Notes under the pieces: model-generated
The model's database searches: none
Told to the model about the DNA's origin: nothing
The model's input: the letters and a program-made list of their open reading frames with translations, nothing else
Shown here: positions 1-10,454 of the stretch, one piece after another
How the letters are laid out: each line of letters starts with the position of its first letter
How positions within the stretch are numbered: position 1 is the first letter of the stretch
Assembly (NCBI GenBank): GCA_965198235.1
Contig: OZ240248.1
Span: 512,001-576,000, forward strand
Direction of reading: 5' to 3'
From: Candidatus Poribacteria bacterium
GTDB lineage: Bacteria; Poribacteria; WGA-4E; WGA-3G
Length of the DNA stretch: 64,000 nucleotides
Program-made: the position numbers and the translations under genes

Positions 1-819
1 TTTGTAAGTGAGAATGGTGTATTCAGCACCGAGCCTTAGGCTTGTCGCGCTCTCGTCAAGGTTGATCATCTCTTGCTCGATATCGGCTGCGAATGTGACA
101 ACGTTACCCATATAGAGGTTATAGGCTGCCCCGACGCTAATCACCATCGGTACAGTGTCTTCACCAAGGGCTGCCCCCAAGTATTTCGCAGCGATGCCGT
201 AATGGAAGGTTGGGACCTTTTCCTCGCCTACATCTATGTGCAGGGCATGCCCCATCAACCCGACATCTACGCCACCAAAGCCACTCTGGCTTTCAACCCC
301 TTTTGCGCCAAAGTTATCCATCAGCATGCGACCTGTTAGACCGATACCGAAGTTTCCGAGACCAATGCCGTAGGAGAGGGAATAGGCATTCGCACTATAG
401 TTGAATGTGCCACTGTAGCGTTCTTTGGCATCATATTGCTGGATACCACTTACGCCTGCATTTGTGATAGCAAGTCCGATAGATCCGGCTGAACCAAGAG
501 TTTTCGTCAATGCGATAAAGTTATGGCTCCTATCCAGATCGAGTTGCTGTGTTGAAAAATTGAGACTTAAATCCGCTGCGGAGCCGAGTCCTGCTGGGTT
601 CCAAACCGTTGCGGTGGCATCATCGGCGATTGCTGTGAAGGCACCACCCATGCCGATCGAGCGTGCACCGGCACCAAGCCGTAAATGTGGCATAGCATCC
701 ACTCCGGCAAAGCTGACCGGTGACACCGCTAGGATAAGAAAGAAAAGTGGTATTAAACCGCATAGCAATTTCGGGCCCTGTTTGGAAGCCCATTTAGCAA
801 TTTGCTTTGTCATTAACAT
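1..819 (-). CDS. PorV/PorQ (UPF0164) family outer-membrane barrel protein, 3' end runs off the window
   Basis: Read manually; not in the ORF track. AGGAGG SD, ATG at 819, signal peptide, then LRLGAGARSIGMGGAFTAIADDATATVWNPAGL, the typical PorV/FadL-like N-terminal motif. Confidence 0.85.
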   Translation of the reverse strand, partial: MLMTKQIAKWASKQGPKLLCGLIPLFFLILAVSPVSFAGVDAMPHLRLGAGARSIGMGGAFTAIADDATATVWNPAGLGSAADLSLNFSTQQLDLDRSHNFIALTKTLGSAGSIGLAITNAGVSGIQQYDAKERYSGTFNYSANAYSLSYGIGLGNFGIGLTGRMLMDNFGAKGVESQSGFGGVDVGLMGHALHIDVGEEKVPTFHYGIAAKYLGAALGEDTVPMVISVGAAYNLYMGNVVTFAADIEQEMINLDESATSLRLGAEYTILTYK

Positions 820-891
820 TGTATCCTCCTTCAGTGTCCACATCGGGAACCGGACAGACGCCCAATTCCCGATATGCAGACTGCCGTTTAC

Positions 892-3800
892 TTAGCGCGT
901 CAGTGCGAGTTTGAGAATGGCATACTCTGGCTCGAAACCATCTGCTACCATAATTTGACAGAAGTAGATGCCTCGAGCTAAATCTTCACCAGCGGTGCTG
1001 GTTCCGTCCCAGCCGATAGCACCTTTGCCAATGTACTCGCCTGCATCCCAAACCTCGTTGTCTACAAGGACTCGAACTGGACGGAGCGTCATATCGTAAA
1101 TGATGATGCTCACTGTAGATTGTCGAGTCAGTGTGAAGGAGATACGAGTGTTCTCCTTGAACGGGTTGGGCGCGTTAATCGGACGCGATGCCAATACTGG
1201 GCCTTCCTCACTCTCAACAAAGAATGTAAACTCATGAACCGCCATGTTCGCTTTACGGGCACCGGTACTCTTATCAGAAACGTTACCCTCTTTATGCGCC
1301 ATGTCAGATACTTCAAGTTTAACTGTATGTTGACCGAAAGCGAGCTCGGCAGGTGACGTATATACCACTTGTGATGCCGATTTCTGATTCGGTTTGAGGT
1401 TAATCAGCTGGTCATCGAGAACGAAGCGGATAGAATCAGCATCTACACCAGATTCAGCATCGGCATAGGTTATCGAAATCTGCGGTCGACGTTCAGTCAG
1501 GCGTGCCTCATTCTGTGGGGACGACATCGTGATAACCGGAGCGGCAGTATCGAAGTCGATTGTGAAACTACCCTTCGCTGTGGCGGAGTTGCCGATTGTA
1601 TCCGTTGCGCGGACTTCAATCGCGTAAGTTCCCTCATCAAGAGGTTTTTCAGGAATGAAATCCAAGCGTGTGATACCTTCGACATCGTCCTCGCCATCAT
1701 CTTCGGTGTCCCCTTTCACCTCTTTACCATTACTATCCATCAGGACGATATCCATTTCGTCAACGCCTGATTCATCGTTGGCACTCGCCGAAATTACCGG
1801 GAGTCCAGCACGGATAGTTCCTGTTGGCGTAATTGAGGTGATTGTAGGTGCAACGTTATCGACTACCAGTGTGAAGGTCCATGAGTGTTCTCTTGAGCCA
1901 CCTTCGCTGACTGCAATGAGTTTGATGGTGTGCGTTCCTGCTGTGAAACTATCAGCAACCTGAACTCGCCCTTCAGCGATCAGTGCGGGTGCCACGGAGC
2001 GGAACGGTTTGTCGTCTATACCGAACTTCACACTTATAACCTTAGATTCCGCATCGTTAACAACTGCTGAGAGCGTTACCCAACTTTCACCGCTGATGGT
2101 TCCAGACGGAGCCGCCTCAGCGATGACTGGCGGTGTTGCGTCTTTGGGTGTGCCGTTGATAGCGAACTCAACGGAGTCCTCACCGACGTTTCCGAGTATA
2201 TCGGCAACTTGCACGGTTACTCGATATGCGCCACCGGAAAGTTTCTCAGTACGGGTGTAAACCAACGCTTCTTCATCTTTTTCAAGAGAATTCGGGTCAA
2301 CGTCCTCCACTGGTACTTCATCGGGAGGTTGGATGCGTACAAGATCGACGCTTCCGCTCGCCCCGTCAACACCACTGCCTTCACCATCGTTATAGGTAGC
2401 GTGAACAGTTGGCAAACTATCTACTGTATGGTCTTCCGAAGGCGTTTGAATTTCGACCATCGGACCCGTGTTATCCAGATTGATTGATGCCAGCGGGAAA
2501 CTCACCGAACCGTTCCGTTTGGTAACGACAGCATCCGGTGTATACATTCCGTCGGATAACCCTGAAACATCTACATTGAGTGAGAAGGTATTTTCAGGAT
2601 TTTCGTCACTTTCGCTTGGCACTTCACTTCCATCAACAGAACCACTCAGCTCTTCAGCATCTAACGAACCGTTGTCAACATCAAAGCCTACAGTGAGTGA
2701 ACTCCGAAGCGGAATCGGTTCCGTTGGTGTTCTTGGAACGTCCACACCGTCAACGGCTGTAACTTTCAGCCTGGTGACATCAGCGACTTGGAAGTTTAGC
2801 ACGTTCACCGTGGTCTGTGGAGACTCATCGGTTTGCACATTACCGAATTCATCAACGGCGAGAGCGTGAAGCATATAAGCCCCATTTTCAAGCATCCCGA
2901 CATCGGTTGTAATGTCCAAAACCCCGACTTCACCATCAATCATGGTTTCGTTGCCGTCGGCATCTACTTGAACTAACTTAACCGAGGCATACGTGCTCGG
3001 GTCGGCAGTCGGTTCAACAGTATAAGTTGCTATCGGTGTCGGAACTGTTTCATCAACGATTCCACCGACTGTGTAGTTGCCATCTGCGTCTGCATCAATA
3101 GCACCAGCAACATCGGCTACAGCAACAATGTTTGTGGGACCTAACGGTCCGACATCGTCAACGTTGTCAACCGATAGATGCGTTCTTGCGCCCGGACGTC
3201 CCGGGACTTCTTCAGCACCGCTGGTGACTGCGATCGCAGTTGCCATATGCTGGCTGTCATCCTTGGAAGCATCGCGTGCTGCGGCACTCTCTGCTGTGAT
3301 GGTATCGTCCAGAGCCGTTGTATCTACCTCAACAGACCATTTCAGGTAGGTTGGGTAGTAGATGGGTTTCCCTGACAGTTCATCCATGGCTGTAGCTTCA
3401 GCTGCAACCGCAACGAGATCAGTGATGAAGTCGGTATTCTGCTGTAACGCCGCTATTTCTTCCTCAGTAGCGAGAACGCCTGTATCGGCTGTACCAACGA
3501 CTTCATCGTTGATTACCACCTTGAGGGAACCAAGCTCTGGATATGTCCGTTGTGGCGTATATCCATTGATAACGACCGTGCCTTGCGGACCACCACTATC
3601 TGGATTCGTTTTCGTAATGGACTCAGTGTCAAGGACGAGTGCCAAAACCTCAATATCCACCGGGTGAACACCGGCATCCAATTTTATTGGAAACGGCTCC
3701 GACATGTGTGTAAGTTGAAGCGCATTGGTTGCCACAGCACGCACCATAACAGAATCACCTGCACTTACTAATGCGTCAAAATCGGTGACATCCCAACTCA

Positions 3801-6660
3801 CTTCAAACATTGACACTTCTTCGCCTTCAGCGAACATACGCGCTTCACCAATTGGTTGCCAATCACCGTTCGCGTCCATGTACTCCGCCCAGATAGATGC
3901 GGGATGCGCTGTGCGCATTACAGCGATAGTTAACATCACGCCATCTGTGGTGTTCGAGTAGATGGTTCCGCTTTCGTAGGGTTCATCAGCGTCGCCATCA
4001 CCGTTTCGGTCGCCGATACTGGCGGCTGTAACACTCGCTTTGTCAGTTTCTGGCATGACGACTCTGAGCCGAGTCGGTTCAGCGTAGGAACCGACGTTGA
4101 AGAGCGTATCAATTCCCATTGCCCGAACGCCGTATTCACCAATCATCAGAGGCATATGTGCGCCCTGGATGGGCATCATCACGGTGTGCGGTGCGTCAAA
4201 GGTAACCGGCACGAGGCGATCAACGATGTCTATCGAGGCACCTAAGGCTTGATGTATCGCTGTAGCTTGGGCTTCAGTTAGTGTGAAGTTCTTTATCCCT
4301 AAACTCTTGAAAACCGAATTCGCAGACATTTGGATAGTCCCTGGCGTGAGCAATGCCAATATTGCCTCAGGACTGGTAGCCATGGCGAGGCTCAGTATTG
4401 ACTCGGCATCAAGTCCACCGACGAGCTGCGGGAAGTTCTGCTTCAGGAAAGAAACGATCTGGTTTCCATTTCGCTGGAGGATGGATGTCCAAATTCTGGA
4501 AGTCAACATGGTAGATTCAACAGTTAATGGCATCCATGTGCTTGTCGGCATTCCATGGGCATCGAGTTGAACCTCTTGGTAGAACAGGTATCCTTCGCCT
4601 GGACCGACACCTTGACCTGCGTAAGCGGGTTTCGGTGTGCCTGTAACATTGAGCACCGCGGCACCAGCGTTAGGGGCAGTGGCAACGTAGATACCTTCGC
4701 TGTTCTGATAAACTGCGGTATTCGCATCACCGGGTTTAACCTCGATGCTTGCTTCCGGCGCGCTGGTATCAACGGTGAAGCTTTCTTGAATCTGATCGAC
4801 CGGATTTCCGTCGGCATCGTGTACCAGAGCCTCTAAGTAATAGTTACCATCGGCAATGTCATTAATGCGTGCAACCCAGATTGACTCCGCTTCGAGATTG
4901 AGACGTGGCACAGTGAAGACAGAAGCCAACATCGGATCGAATGAAGACTCGAATTTGGTTGTCAGTGCGTTCGTATTACGAAGCAATAGATTCTGAAGTC
5001 TGCGTTGTTGCTTTGGTGTAATTACACCAAAAACATCACTTAGGGTAACCTGTTGACGGCTTAGAAACTTTGAGATTATAGGAGCTGCTTGGGGTGACCC
5101 CAAAATACCGATAATTGCAGCCCGTACATCAGCGGTGAATAATGCGTCAATAATACCGCGATCCGCTAACTGAAGGTTACGCGGGTCAGGCATTGCCCAA
5201 CTCTCAATCGTGTATTTTCTTGTAGCACTTAGCACCTCTGCGAACGTTATGGCCGTCGGATCCATAGCCGCGAGTGCTTCACGATTCAGCGTCGTGAATG
5301 ACACCGGTTCAGCGAGTGTTACTTCAAAGTAGTAGTAGGTGCTGACCCCAAGTGGAATTCCTATCTCTGTTTCCCAAACGATACCGTCTTTCCCAGCCGC
5401 CGACTGCATATCAACAGCTATATAGTCTCCTGTTAAACCCGTTTGTGAATAGCGGAGAACAACACCAGAGAACAACTGGGTGTCTAAACTGGGCCATGCC
5501 GGTAGGTTTGTAGCGGCGAGGGTTTCTTCCAACCGGAAGGTATAAGGGATGGTATCCGCTTGGAATTCATCTGACGTGACCTTCGTACCTTCGATGGCTT
5601 TACCGCCTGAAAGGCTAAACATAACACCACCGACGTTCGCTGATGGAACACGCGTATAAACGTGCAAACTATCGCTGCTTAGGTATTTACCGCCTTGCTC
5701 CAAGTAGGCATAATCGGTGAAATTCGGCGTTATAGCATTTCCGAAGTTCTCAGGATCTAACTGGCTTGCTTCATTAGCGAAAGCAATGGCTTGATTGTTA
5801 GACGTTAGAATCTGCTTAATCTGCTTTTTGGGGAGATAGCCTGGTGGTACCAATGCCAGAATTGAATCCACGAGGGTTTCTGCTTCAACAGGCAATGCCA
5901 ATGAAGCAATTATTCTATCTACAAACCGCTTTCCAGAAGTTGTATTTAGAGAGAGACCACCGAGACGCGATTTGCCGAAAAGGTCCTCATCTTCGGGCAT
6001 TATCTGATTAAATGGATCTGCTGGTGTAACTGCCATTGGTGGCGTTGTATCCACGGGTGGTATTGTGTCCACAGGTGGCGTTGTGTCCACGGGTGGTGTT
6101 GTATCCACGGGTGGTGTTGTGTCCACGGGTGGTGTTGTATCCACGGGTGGTGTTGTGTCCACGGGTGGTGTTGTGTCCACGGGTGGCGTTGTGTCCACGG
6201 GTGGTGTTGTATCCACGGGTGGCGTTGTGTCCACGGGTGGCGTTGTGTCCACGGGTGCACCAACATTCAACAACCCTGCGAGTTCATCAATAGCTGCCGG
6301 ATCTTGAAGCAGTTCCTGCACGATTGGATCACTGAGCAGTGCTTTAAGTTCCTCATCTTCTTTCAGAAGGGTCACGAATTTCGGATCTATATCTGGAGCA
6401 AATTGTGGTAGGAGATCCGGATTATCGATGACAAGGGTAAGGGTTGCGGGGTTCAAAATGGCTTGAATGTTTGGTGCTTTCAGCCCCTCCAGAACTTGAG
6501 GTAAAACCGCTTGAATATCCTCACGTTGAAGCGTCTCACTGTATTTTGCAGCTACCTGTTCTGCGAGAGAAACTTCTTGCCCGAAAACAGTGTTCGGGAT
6601 TGAAGTGTAAAGAACACACAATGTAAAAATCAAAAAACAAACGAGTGTCCGTTTTTTCAT
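892..6660 (-). CDS. Large secreted Ig-like-repeat protein (1922 aa) with Pro/Thr linker and FlgD-Ig/T9SS type A-like C-terminal domain
   Basis: Signal peptide; repeated Ig-like boundaries (VDTSAP, LDNTGP, VDNVAP, FDTAAP); C-terminal NAPNPF..TRISFTL..IYD..WDG..G..LARGIYF; GAGGAGG SD. Confidence 0.85.
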   Translation of the reverse strand: MKKRTLVCFLIFTLCVLYTSIPNTVFGQEVSLAEQVAAKYSETLQREDIQAVLPQVLEGLKAPNIQAILNPATLTLVIDNPDLLPQFAPDIDPKFVTLLKEDEELKALLSDPIVQELLQDPAAIDELAGLLNVGAPVDTTPPVDTTPPVDTTPPVDTTPPVDTTPPVDTTPPVDTTPPVDTTPPVDTTPPVDTTPPVDTIPPVDTTPPMAVTPADPFNQIMPEDEDLFGKSRLGGLSLNTTSGKRFVDRIIASLALPVEAETLVDSILALVPPGYLPKKQIKQILTSNNQAIAFANEASQLDPENFGNAITPNFTDYAYLEQGGKYLSSDSLHVYTRVPSANVGGVMFSLSGGKAIEGTKVTSDEFQADTIPYTFRLEETLAATNLPAWPSLDTQLFSGVVLRYSQTGLTGDYIAVDMQSAAGKDGIVWETEIGIPLGVSTYYYFEVTLAEPVSFTTLNREALAAMDPTAITFAEVLSATRKYTIESWAMPDPRNLQLADRGIIDALFTADVRAAIIGILGSPQAAPIISKFLSRQQVTLSDVFGVITPKQQRRLQNLLLRNTNALTTKFESSFDPMLASVFTVPRLNLEAESIWVARINDIADGNYYLEALVHDADGNPVDQIQESFTVDTSAPEASIEVKPGDANTAVYQNSEGIYVATAPNAGAAVLNVTGTPKPAYAGQGVGPGEGYLFYQEVQLDAHGMPTSTWMPLTVESTMLTSRIWTSILQRNGNQIVSFLKQNFPQLVGGLDAESILSLAMATSPEAILALLTPGTIQMSANSVFKSLGIKNFTLTEAQATAIHQALGASIDIVDRLVPVTFDAPHTVMMPIQGAHMPLMIGEYGVRAMGIDTLFNVGSYAEPTRLRVVMPETDKASVTAASIGDRNGDGDADEPYESGTIYSNTTDGVMLTIAVMRTAHPASIWAEYMDANGDWQPIGEARMFAEGEEVSMFEVSWDVTDFDALVSAGDSVMVRAVATNALQLTHMSEPFPIKLDAGVHPVDIEVLALVLDTESITKTNPDSGGPQGTVVINGYTPQRTYPELGSLKVVINDEVVGTADTGVLATEEEIAALQQNTDFITDLVAVAAEATAMDELSGKPIYYPTYLKWSVEVDTTALDDTITAESAAARDASKDDSQHMATAIAVTSGAEEVPGRPGARTHLSVDNVDDVGPLGPTNIVAVADVAGAIDADADGNYTVGGIVDETVPTPIATYTVEPTADPSTYASVKLVQVDADGNETMIDGEVGVLDITTDVGMLENGAYMLHALAVDEFGNVQTDESPQTTVNVLNFQVADVTRLKVTAVDGVDVPRTPTEPIPLRSSLTVGFDVDNGSLDAEELSGSVDGSEVPSESDENPENTFSLNVDVSGLSDGMYTPDAVVTKRNGSVSFPLASINLDNTGPMVEIQTPSEDHTVDSLPTVHATYNDGEGSGVDGASGSVDLVRIQPPDEVPVEDVDPNSLEKDEEALVYTRTEKLSGGAYRVTVQVADILGNVGEDSVEFAINGTPKDATPPVIAEAAPSGTISGESWVTLSAVVNDAESKVISVKFGIDDKPFRSVAPALIAEGRVQVADSFTAGTHTIKLIAVSEGGSREHSWTFTLVVDNVAPTITSITPTGTIRAGLPVISASANDESGVDEMDIVLMDSNGKEVKGDTEDDGEDDVEGITRLDFIPEKPLDEGTYAIEVRATDTIGNSATAKGSFTIDFDTAAPVITMSSPQNEARLTERRPQISITYADAESGVDADSIRFVLDDQLINLKPNQKSASQVVYTSPAELAFGQHTVKLEVSDMAHKEGNVSDKSTGARKANMAVHEFTFFVESEEGPVLASRPINAPNPFKENTRISFTLTRQSTVSIIIYDMTLRPVRVLVDNEVWDAGEYIGKGAIGWDGTSTAGEDLARGIYFCQIMVADGFEPEYAILKLALTR
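6037..6252 (-). repeat. 12 x 18-bp coding tandem repeat (VDTTPP)
   Basis: Twelve contiguous units like gggtggtgttgtgtccac; variation is almost all synonymous (one T>I). Confidence 0.95.
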
Positions 6661-7101
6661 TAACTCATCCTCCTCGTTAAGTCTGCGCGCTCACAAGACT
6701 AAGTACTGAGTTTCTTAGATGGGCAAGCGAGAATACAACTAAAGACGACTGGGGTAGATGTCTGCCCATCCAATTAACATCCTACCAACGAGCGTTAAAA
6801 TTTCCCGATACCGATGTAACCATGGGATAGAGTTAGTATAGCCTATGGCACAGGTCAAAAGCAAATGAAAAGCGGGCATCTAACTTTAGTGATTTGACCC
6901 TGCGGGAATTTTTCTATTATTTTAGCATAAAGTGGCAAAATTAAGCAAACATTTAATCGTTAAGTGTCAGAGATATTGTGTTACACGGACAAAACCGGTA
7001 AACAAAATCGTCCTGCAGTTACGTGATGTTTTGTGCAATCGGTGAAAATTTGTTCCCGCCGCATCGGTATATCATCGATTAAATTGCAGTCCACCTATAT
7101 A

Positions 7102-7130
7102 ATAATACCACAATTCTCAAAATATGTCAA
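7102..7130 (-). promoter_or_regulatory. Sigma70-type promoter toward the large Ig protein
   Basis: TTGACA-17nt-TATTAT on the minus strand. Confidence 0.55.
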
Positions 7131-7190
7131 ATCAAAATTTCAAATTTTCCTACAGATTTCTGGCGATTTTAGTAGAAATCCACAATCTGT

Positions 7191-7219
7191 TTGACATATT
7201 ACCAAAAAACGTTTAAACT
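7191..7219 (+). promoter_or_regulatory. Sigma70-type promoter of the PhyH gene
   Basis: TTGACA-17nt-TAAACT upstream of ATG 7248. Confidence 0.5.
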
Positions 7220-7247
7220 GTCAAGAAAAATAACACCGGAGAAAAAA

Positions 7248-7994
7248 ATGGCTATCTTGACTGAATCTGAAAAGAATCAATTGGACCAGCACGGTTTTTT
7301 GCTGCTGGAAAGTCTTATACCTCCAGATACAACGACGCGGCTTCGGGAACGCGCTTTATCACTGGCTGTAGCAGAACAAAAAGACGGCAAAGGTCATTCA
7401 TACCTTGCGAATGACAGTGCACAACGCGTCTGGAATCTCGTTGACAAAGGCGAGATATTTGAAGAGGCGATTCAACAGCCAAAGATGCTCGCCGCGATGG
7501 AGTATTTACTCGGTGCTGATTGCACGCTGAGTTCCTTCACCGTAAATGTGCTTTATCCGGGCGCGCCTGATACCGGTCTCCATATCGATTATCCGTTATC
7601 TGGGCTCCCTACCCCACGTCCAAACTTCCCTATGGTTGCCAACAGCGTATGGTTTTTAGATGACTGGACGCTTGAAAATGGCGCAACAAGTTGTGTACCG
7701 GACAGCCACCGACGGCTTGAAGCATTACCTGAACCCGGTGTAGAATATGACGACGAGCTGCAGATTTGTGGACCACGTGGCTCCGTTTTAATCGTCAACG
7801 GTGCGATATGGCACGGATCTTCAGAAAATAGAACGAATGAACCACGGGTTGGGTTACTTGGTTTCTTCTGTCGTTCTATCCTAAAACCGCAGCAAGCACA
7901 CCTTGAATTAGTATCGGATGACGTTGTATCACGCGCAACACCGACCTTAAAACGGTTGCTGGGTTTCGATTCGTTGCCGAATATGAACGCTTAG
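7248..7994 (+). CDS. Phytanoyl-CoA dioxygenase (PhyH) family protein
   Basis: HxD (LHIDY), LDDWTLENGAT, distal WHGS; start at MAILT after GGAG. Confidence 0.85.
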   Translation: MAILTESEKNQLDQHGFLLLESLIPPDTTTRLRERALSLAVAEQKDGKGHSYLANDSAQRVWNLVDKGEIFEEAIQQPKMLAAMEYLLGADCTLSSFTVNVLYPGAPDTGLHIDYPLSGLPTPRPNFPMVANSVWFLDDWTLENGATSCVPDSHRRLEALPEPGVEYDDELQICGPRGSVLIVNGAIWHGSSENRTNEPRVGLLGFFCRSILKPQQAHLELVSDDVVSRATPTLKRLLGFDSLPNMNA

Positions 7995-7998
7995 CATC

Positions 7999-9021
7999 TC
8001 AATGGACAACGTGAATTTTTTCCGCCATCAATATCCACTCGGATTCCGGTGTCTTCGGTATCAATTGGTACATCAACTGGACTGTGATTGTGTCACCGGT
8101 CGCGCTGGATAAAGTGTCGAAAATGTAAGTTCTCTCCTCATTTGGGAGAAGACGGTTTTGCTTCTCAGCCGAAATTGTAATTTGCTCCTTTTGCCGTTCA
8201 GTGCCTTCTGGAGAGAGAAGTTTTGCTTCAAGAATGATGGTGCGCAATGTGCCGCCCGGCAAGATGTGGCCGGTTTTGCTCTGTAACTTTACATTCACTT
8301 TTTGAGGTGTGATTTCAAGTTGAAGTGTTGCAGCGCGCCTGAGTTGTGCGACACTACGGCTGCCGCGCCATGTATGCTTCCTACCTTTGATGCTTTCATA
8401 ACTGGCTGTGCTTTGGAGTCGGTTCACAACTGGCATGTGACATGTCGCACAACTCCTATTTCCCTCGGCGAATTTACTATTCAGAAAGCTGGAAACCTGG
8501 TCGTGCTCAGGAACGGTCGGTTGACCATGGCAGGTACTACAGAGTGTTGTTGGTGCAGTATAGATGGGGTTGGTTACGTTAGTATGGAAATAGGTCTCTG
8601 CACTTGCTGGCGGTCCGTGCATCGCGCCTCCAGCATCGAGATGGCAGACAAGACAGGAAACGCCTGCCTCCCGTTGCGTATTTCTGAGTCTCGGCATTTC
8701 TCCAATGCCTGTGGTGAGGATCGGTTGCGGGGCATGGCACTGGTCACATTTGGTTTCTCTATCCTTAATTTGATTTGCGATCTCCTGATAAATTTCGTCA
8801 ACCCATGCCTTCGCGTGCATCGAATTTTCCCATTCTCTCCAGATTGCCGGGTGGCAACTTTTGCACTTTCCTTCCTGAAATCCCTGATACGCTTCTGTTA
8901 CGCGATCTGTAGCGTCTTCAGCGCGGGGCGCGAGGTTTCCGATTAATGTCACCAACACGCATCCGAATAGTCCGAGACTTGCGGCAACTACGCGTCGGAG
9001 CGTTATCGTAAAATTCATCAC
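7999..9021 (-). CDS. Multiheme (5 CxxCH) c-type cytochrome
   Basis: CKSCH, CDQCH, CLVCH, CSTCH, CATCH; N-terminal hydrophobic segment; c554-like CH...W..S.HA. Confidence 0.9.
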   Translation of the reverse strand: MMNFTITLRRVVAASLGLFGCVLVTLIGNLAPRAEDATDRVTEAYQGFQEGKCKSCHPAIWREWENSMHAKAWVDEIYQEIANQIKDRETKCDQCHAPQPILTTGIGEMPRLRNTQREAGVSCLVCHLDAGGAMHGPPASAETYFHTNVTNPIYTAPTTLCSTCHGQPTVPEHDQVSSFLNSKFAEGNRSCATCHMPVVNRLQSTASYESIKGRKHTWRGSRSVAQLRRAATLQLEITPQKVNVKLQSKTGHILPGGTLRTIILEAKLLSPEGTERQKEQITISAEKQNRLLPNEERTYIFDTLSSATGDTITVQLMYQLIPKTPESEWILMAEKIHVVH

Positions 9022-9027
9022 GTTTCC

Positions 9028-10446
9028 TTACAGTGCGTTCAAGAGTGAAAGTGCTGCTGCTTCGGCACTCTGAATACAGTCTGGAATGCCGACCCCGTGG
9101 TAACCATTTCCTGCGAGTGCGAATCCTCGCAATTCGCTCGTGAACTGCTCTATACTACTCACAACATCTTGATGTCCCACCTGATACTGTGCCATTGCTT
9201 GTGAATGCTTACTAACCATGGCAAACCGTGGGGCGTTTTTGATTCCGAGAAGTGGTGTTAAATCTGCCTGACACAATTCGATGAGTTCCGTTTCAGTTTT
9301 TTTCGACGTGGGTTCGCCAACGAAGGCGCGCAACAGAACATGGTCGGCTGGGGCGCGGCTTTCAAATTTAACGCTACTGAAAGAACACCCGATGAGAGAT
9401 AGGTTTTCTGTAGCAGGGACAACGAATCCCATGCCATCTAATGGGTGTGTAACATCTTCACGACGGAATGCTAAATTGACTGTTGCCGAGGAGGCATAGG
9501 GGATCGCGTTAAGCTTTGTGGCAAGAGGACTTGGGACGCTTTCGATGAGTGCTGCTGCTTGTGGTGCTGGAAGAGCAATACAGAGAAGTTCGGCGTTTAA
9601 CGTTTCTCCGTTAGCAAGTGAAACGTGCCATCGGTTACCATCGCTCGCTTGTTGAATATGTTCTACTTTCGCATCTAATCTGATACTGTTAGATAACGCT
9701 TGGGTAAGCGTATCGGTCAGTGTCTGCATTCCAGATTTAAACGAAAGAAAAAGACTGTAGCGAGGTCCGCTTGTGTCTCGACTGGTTTGGGACGCTTGTT
9801 TTTTTTGCACACGGAGTGCTTTGATAATGCTGCCATGCGCTTTTTCCATTTCCAAGAATCTTGGGAATGTTGCCTTTAGGCTTAAATTTTCGGCATCTGA
9901 GGTATAAATACCTCCTATCATAGGTTGTGCCATGCGTGTGAAAGCTTCAGTGCCGAGGCGACGCCTGACGAAGTGTGCTACAGCTTCGTCCGCATCTCTT
10001 TCCCTGCGCGGAATAAAGAGGTCCAGTGCCATCCGCAGTTTGCCATGCCAACTGAAGAGCGGCGTTTTTAAAAACGGCATGAACGACCCTGGTGCCATCA
10101 TGTAAAAACCCTCAGGGACAGGATGCAAGGTCCCGTTCCGGATTACAAAACTCCGACGGACCTTTGGGTTGGTCCCAATGAATTGATCTGCAATACCAAG
10201 TTCTTCGCATAACGCCTTTGCCGCTGGTTTGGTGGAAATAAAAGCATCGGGACCGTGTTCAATGAGAAACCCATCGCGGTGTTCGGTTTGAATGACACCA
10301 CCGACACGTCCACCCGCTTCAAGGAGTGTAATGTCAAGCGGAATATCGCGTGCAGCAGCCTCGCGCCGCAAGCGATAGCACGCGGCTAAACCTGTGATGC
10401 CGCCTCCGATAACAATGGCATGCTTTCTACCTGAGTTTTCCGACAT
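9028..10446 (-). CDS. hemG: HemY/CgoX-type FAD (copro/proto)porphyrinogen oxidase
   Basis: GGGITGL FAD motif, EHGPDAF, GIYTSD, C-terminal GVGIPDCI; in a heme cluster. Confidence 0.92.
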   Translation of the reverse strand: MSENSGRKHAIVIGGGITGLAACYRLRREAAARDIPLDITLLEAGGRVGGVIQTEHRDGFLIEHGPDAFISTKPAAKALCEELGIADQFIGTNPKVRRSFVIRNGTLHPVPEGFYMMAPGSFMPFLKTPLFSWHGKLRMALDLFIPRRERDADEAVAHFVRRRLGTEAFTRMAQPMIGGIYTSDAENLSLKATFPRFLEMEKAHGSIIKALRVQKKQASQTSRDTSGPRYSLFLSFKSGMQTLTDTLTQALSNSIRLDAKVEHIQQASDGNRWHVSLANGETLNAELLCIALPAPQAAALIESVPSPLATKLNAIPYASSATVNLAFRREDVTHPLDGMGFVVPATENLSLIGCSFSSVKFESRAPADHVLLRAFVGEPTSKKTETELIELCQADLTPLLGIKNAPRFAMVSKHSQAMAQYQVGHQDVVSSIEQFTSELRGFALAGNGYHGVGIPDCIQSAEAAALSLLNAL

Positions 10447-10454
10447 AACCTATG

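Noticed and set aside
6037-6252. CRISPR array
   Set aside because: Units are contiguous with no spacers, stay in frame in a protein and vary at synonymous positions; no cas genes in the window.
6000-6307. Repeat peptides (HPWTQ.., CPRVVL.., STGGVV..) as separate genes
   Set aside because: Alternative-frame shadows of the VDTTPP repeat.
6850-6910. c-di-GMP-I riboswitch
   Set aside because: GGTCAAA resembles the start, but the GAAA tetraloop stem, GCAAA junction and receptor are not evident.
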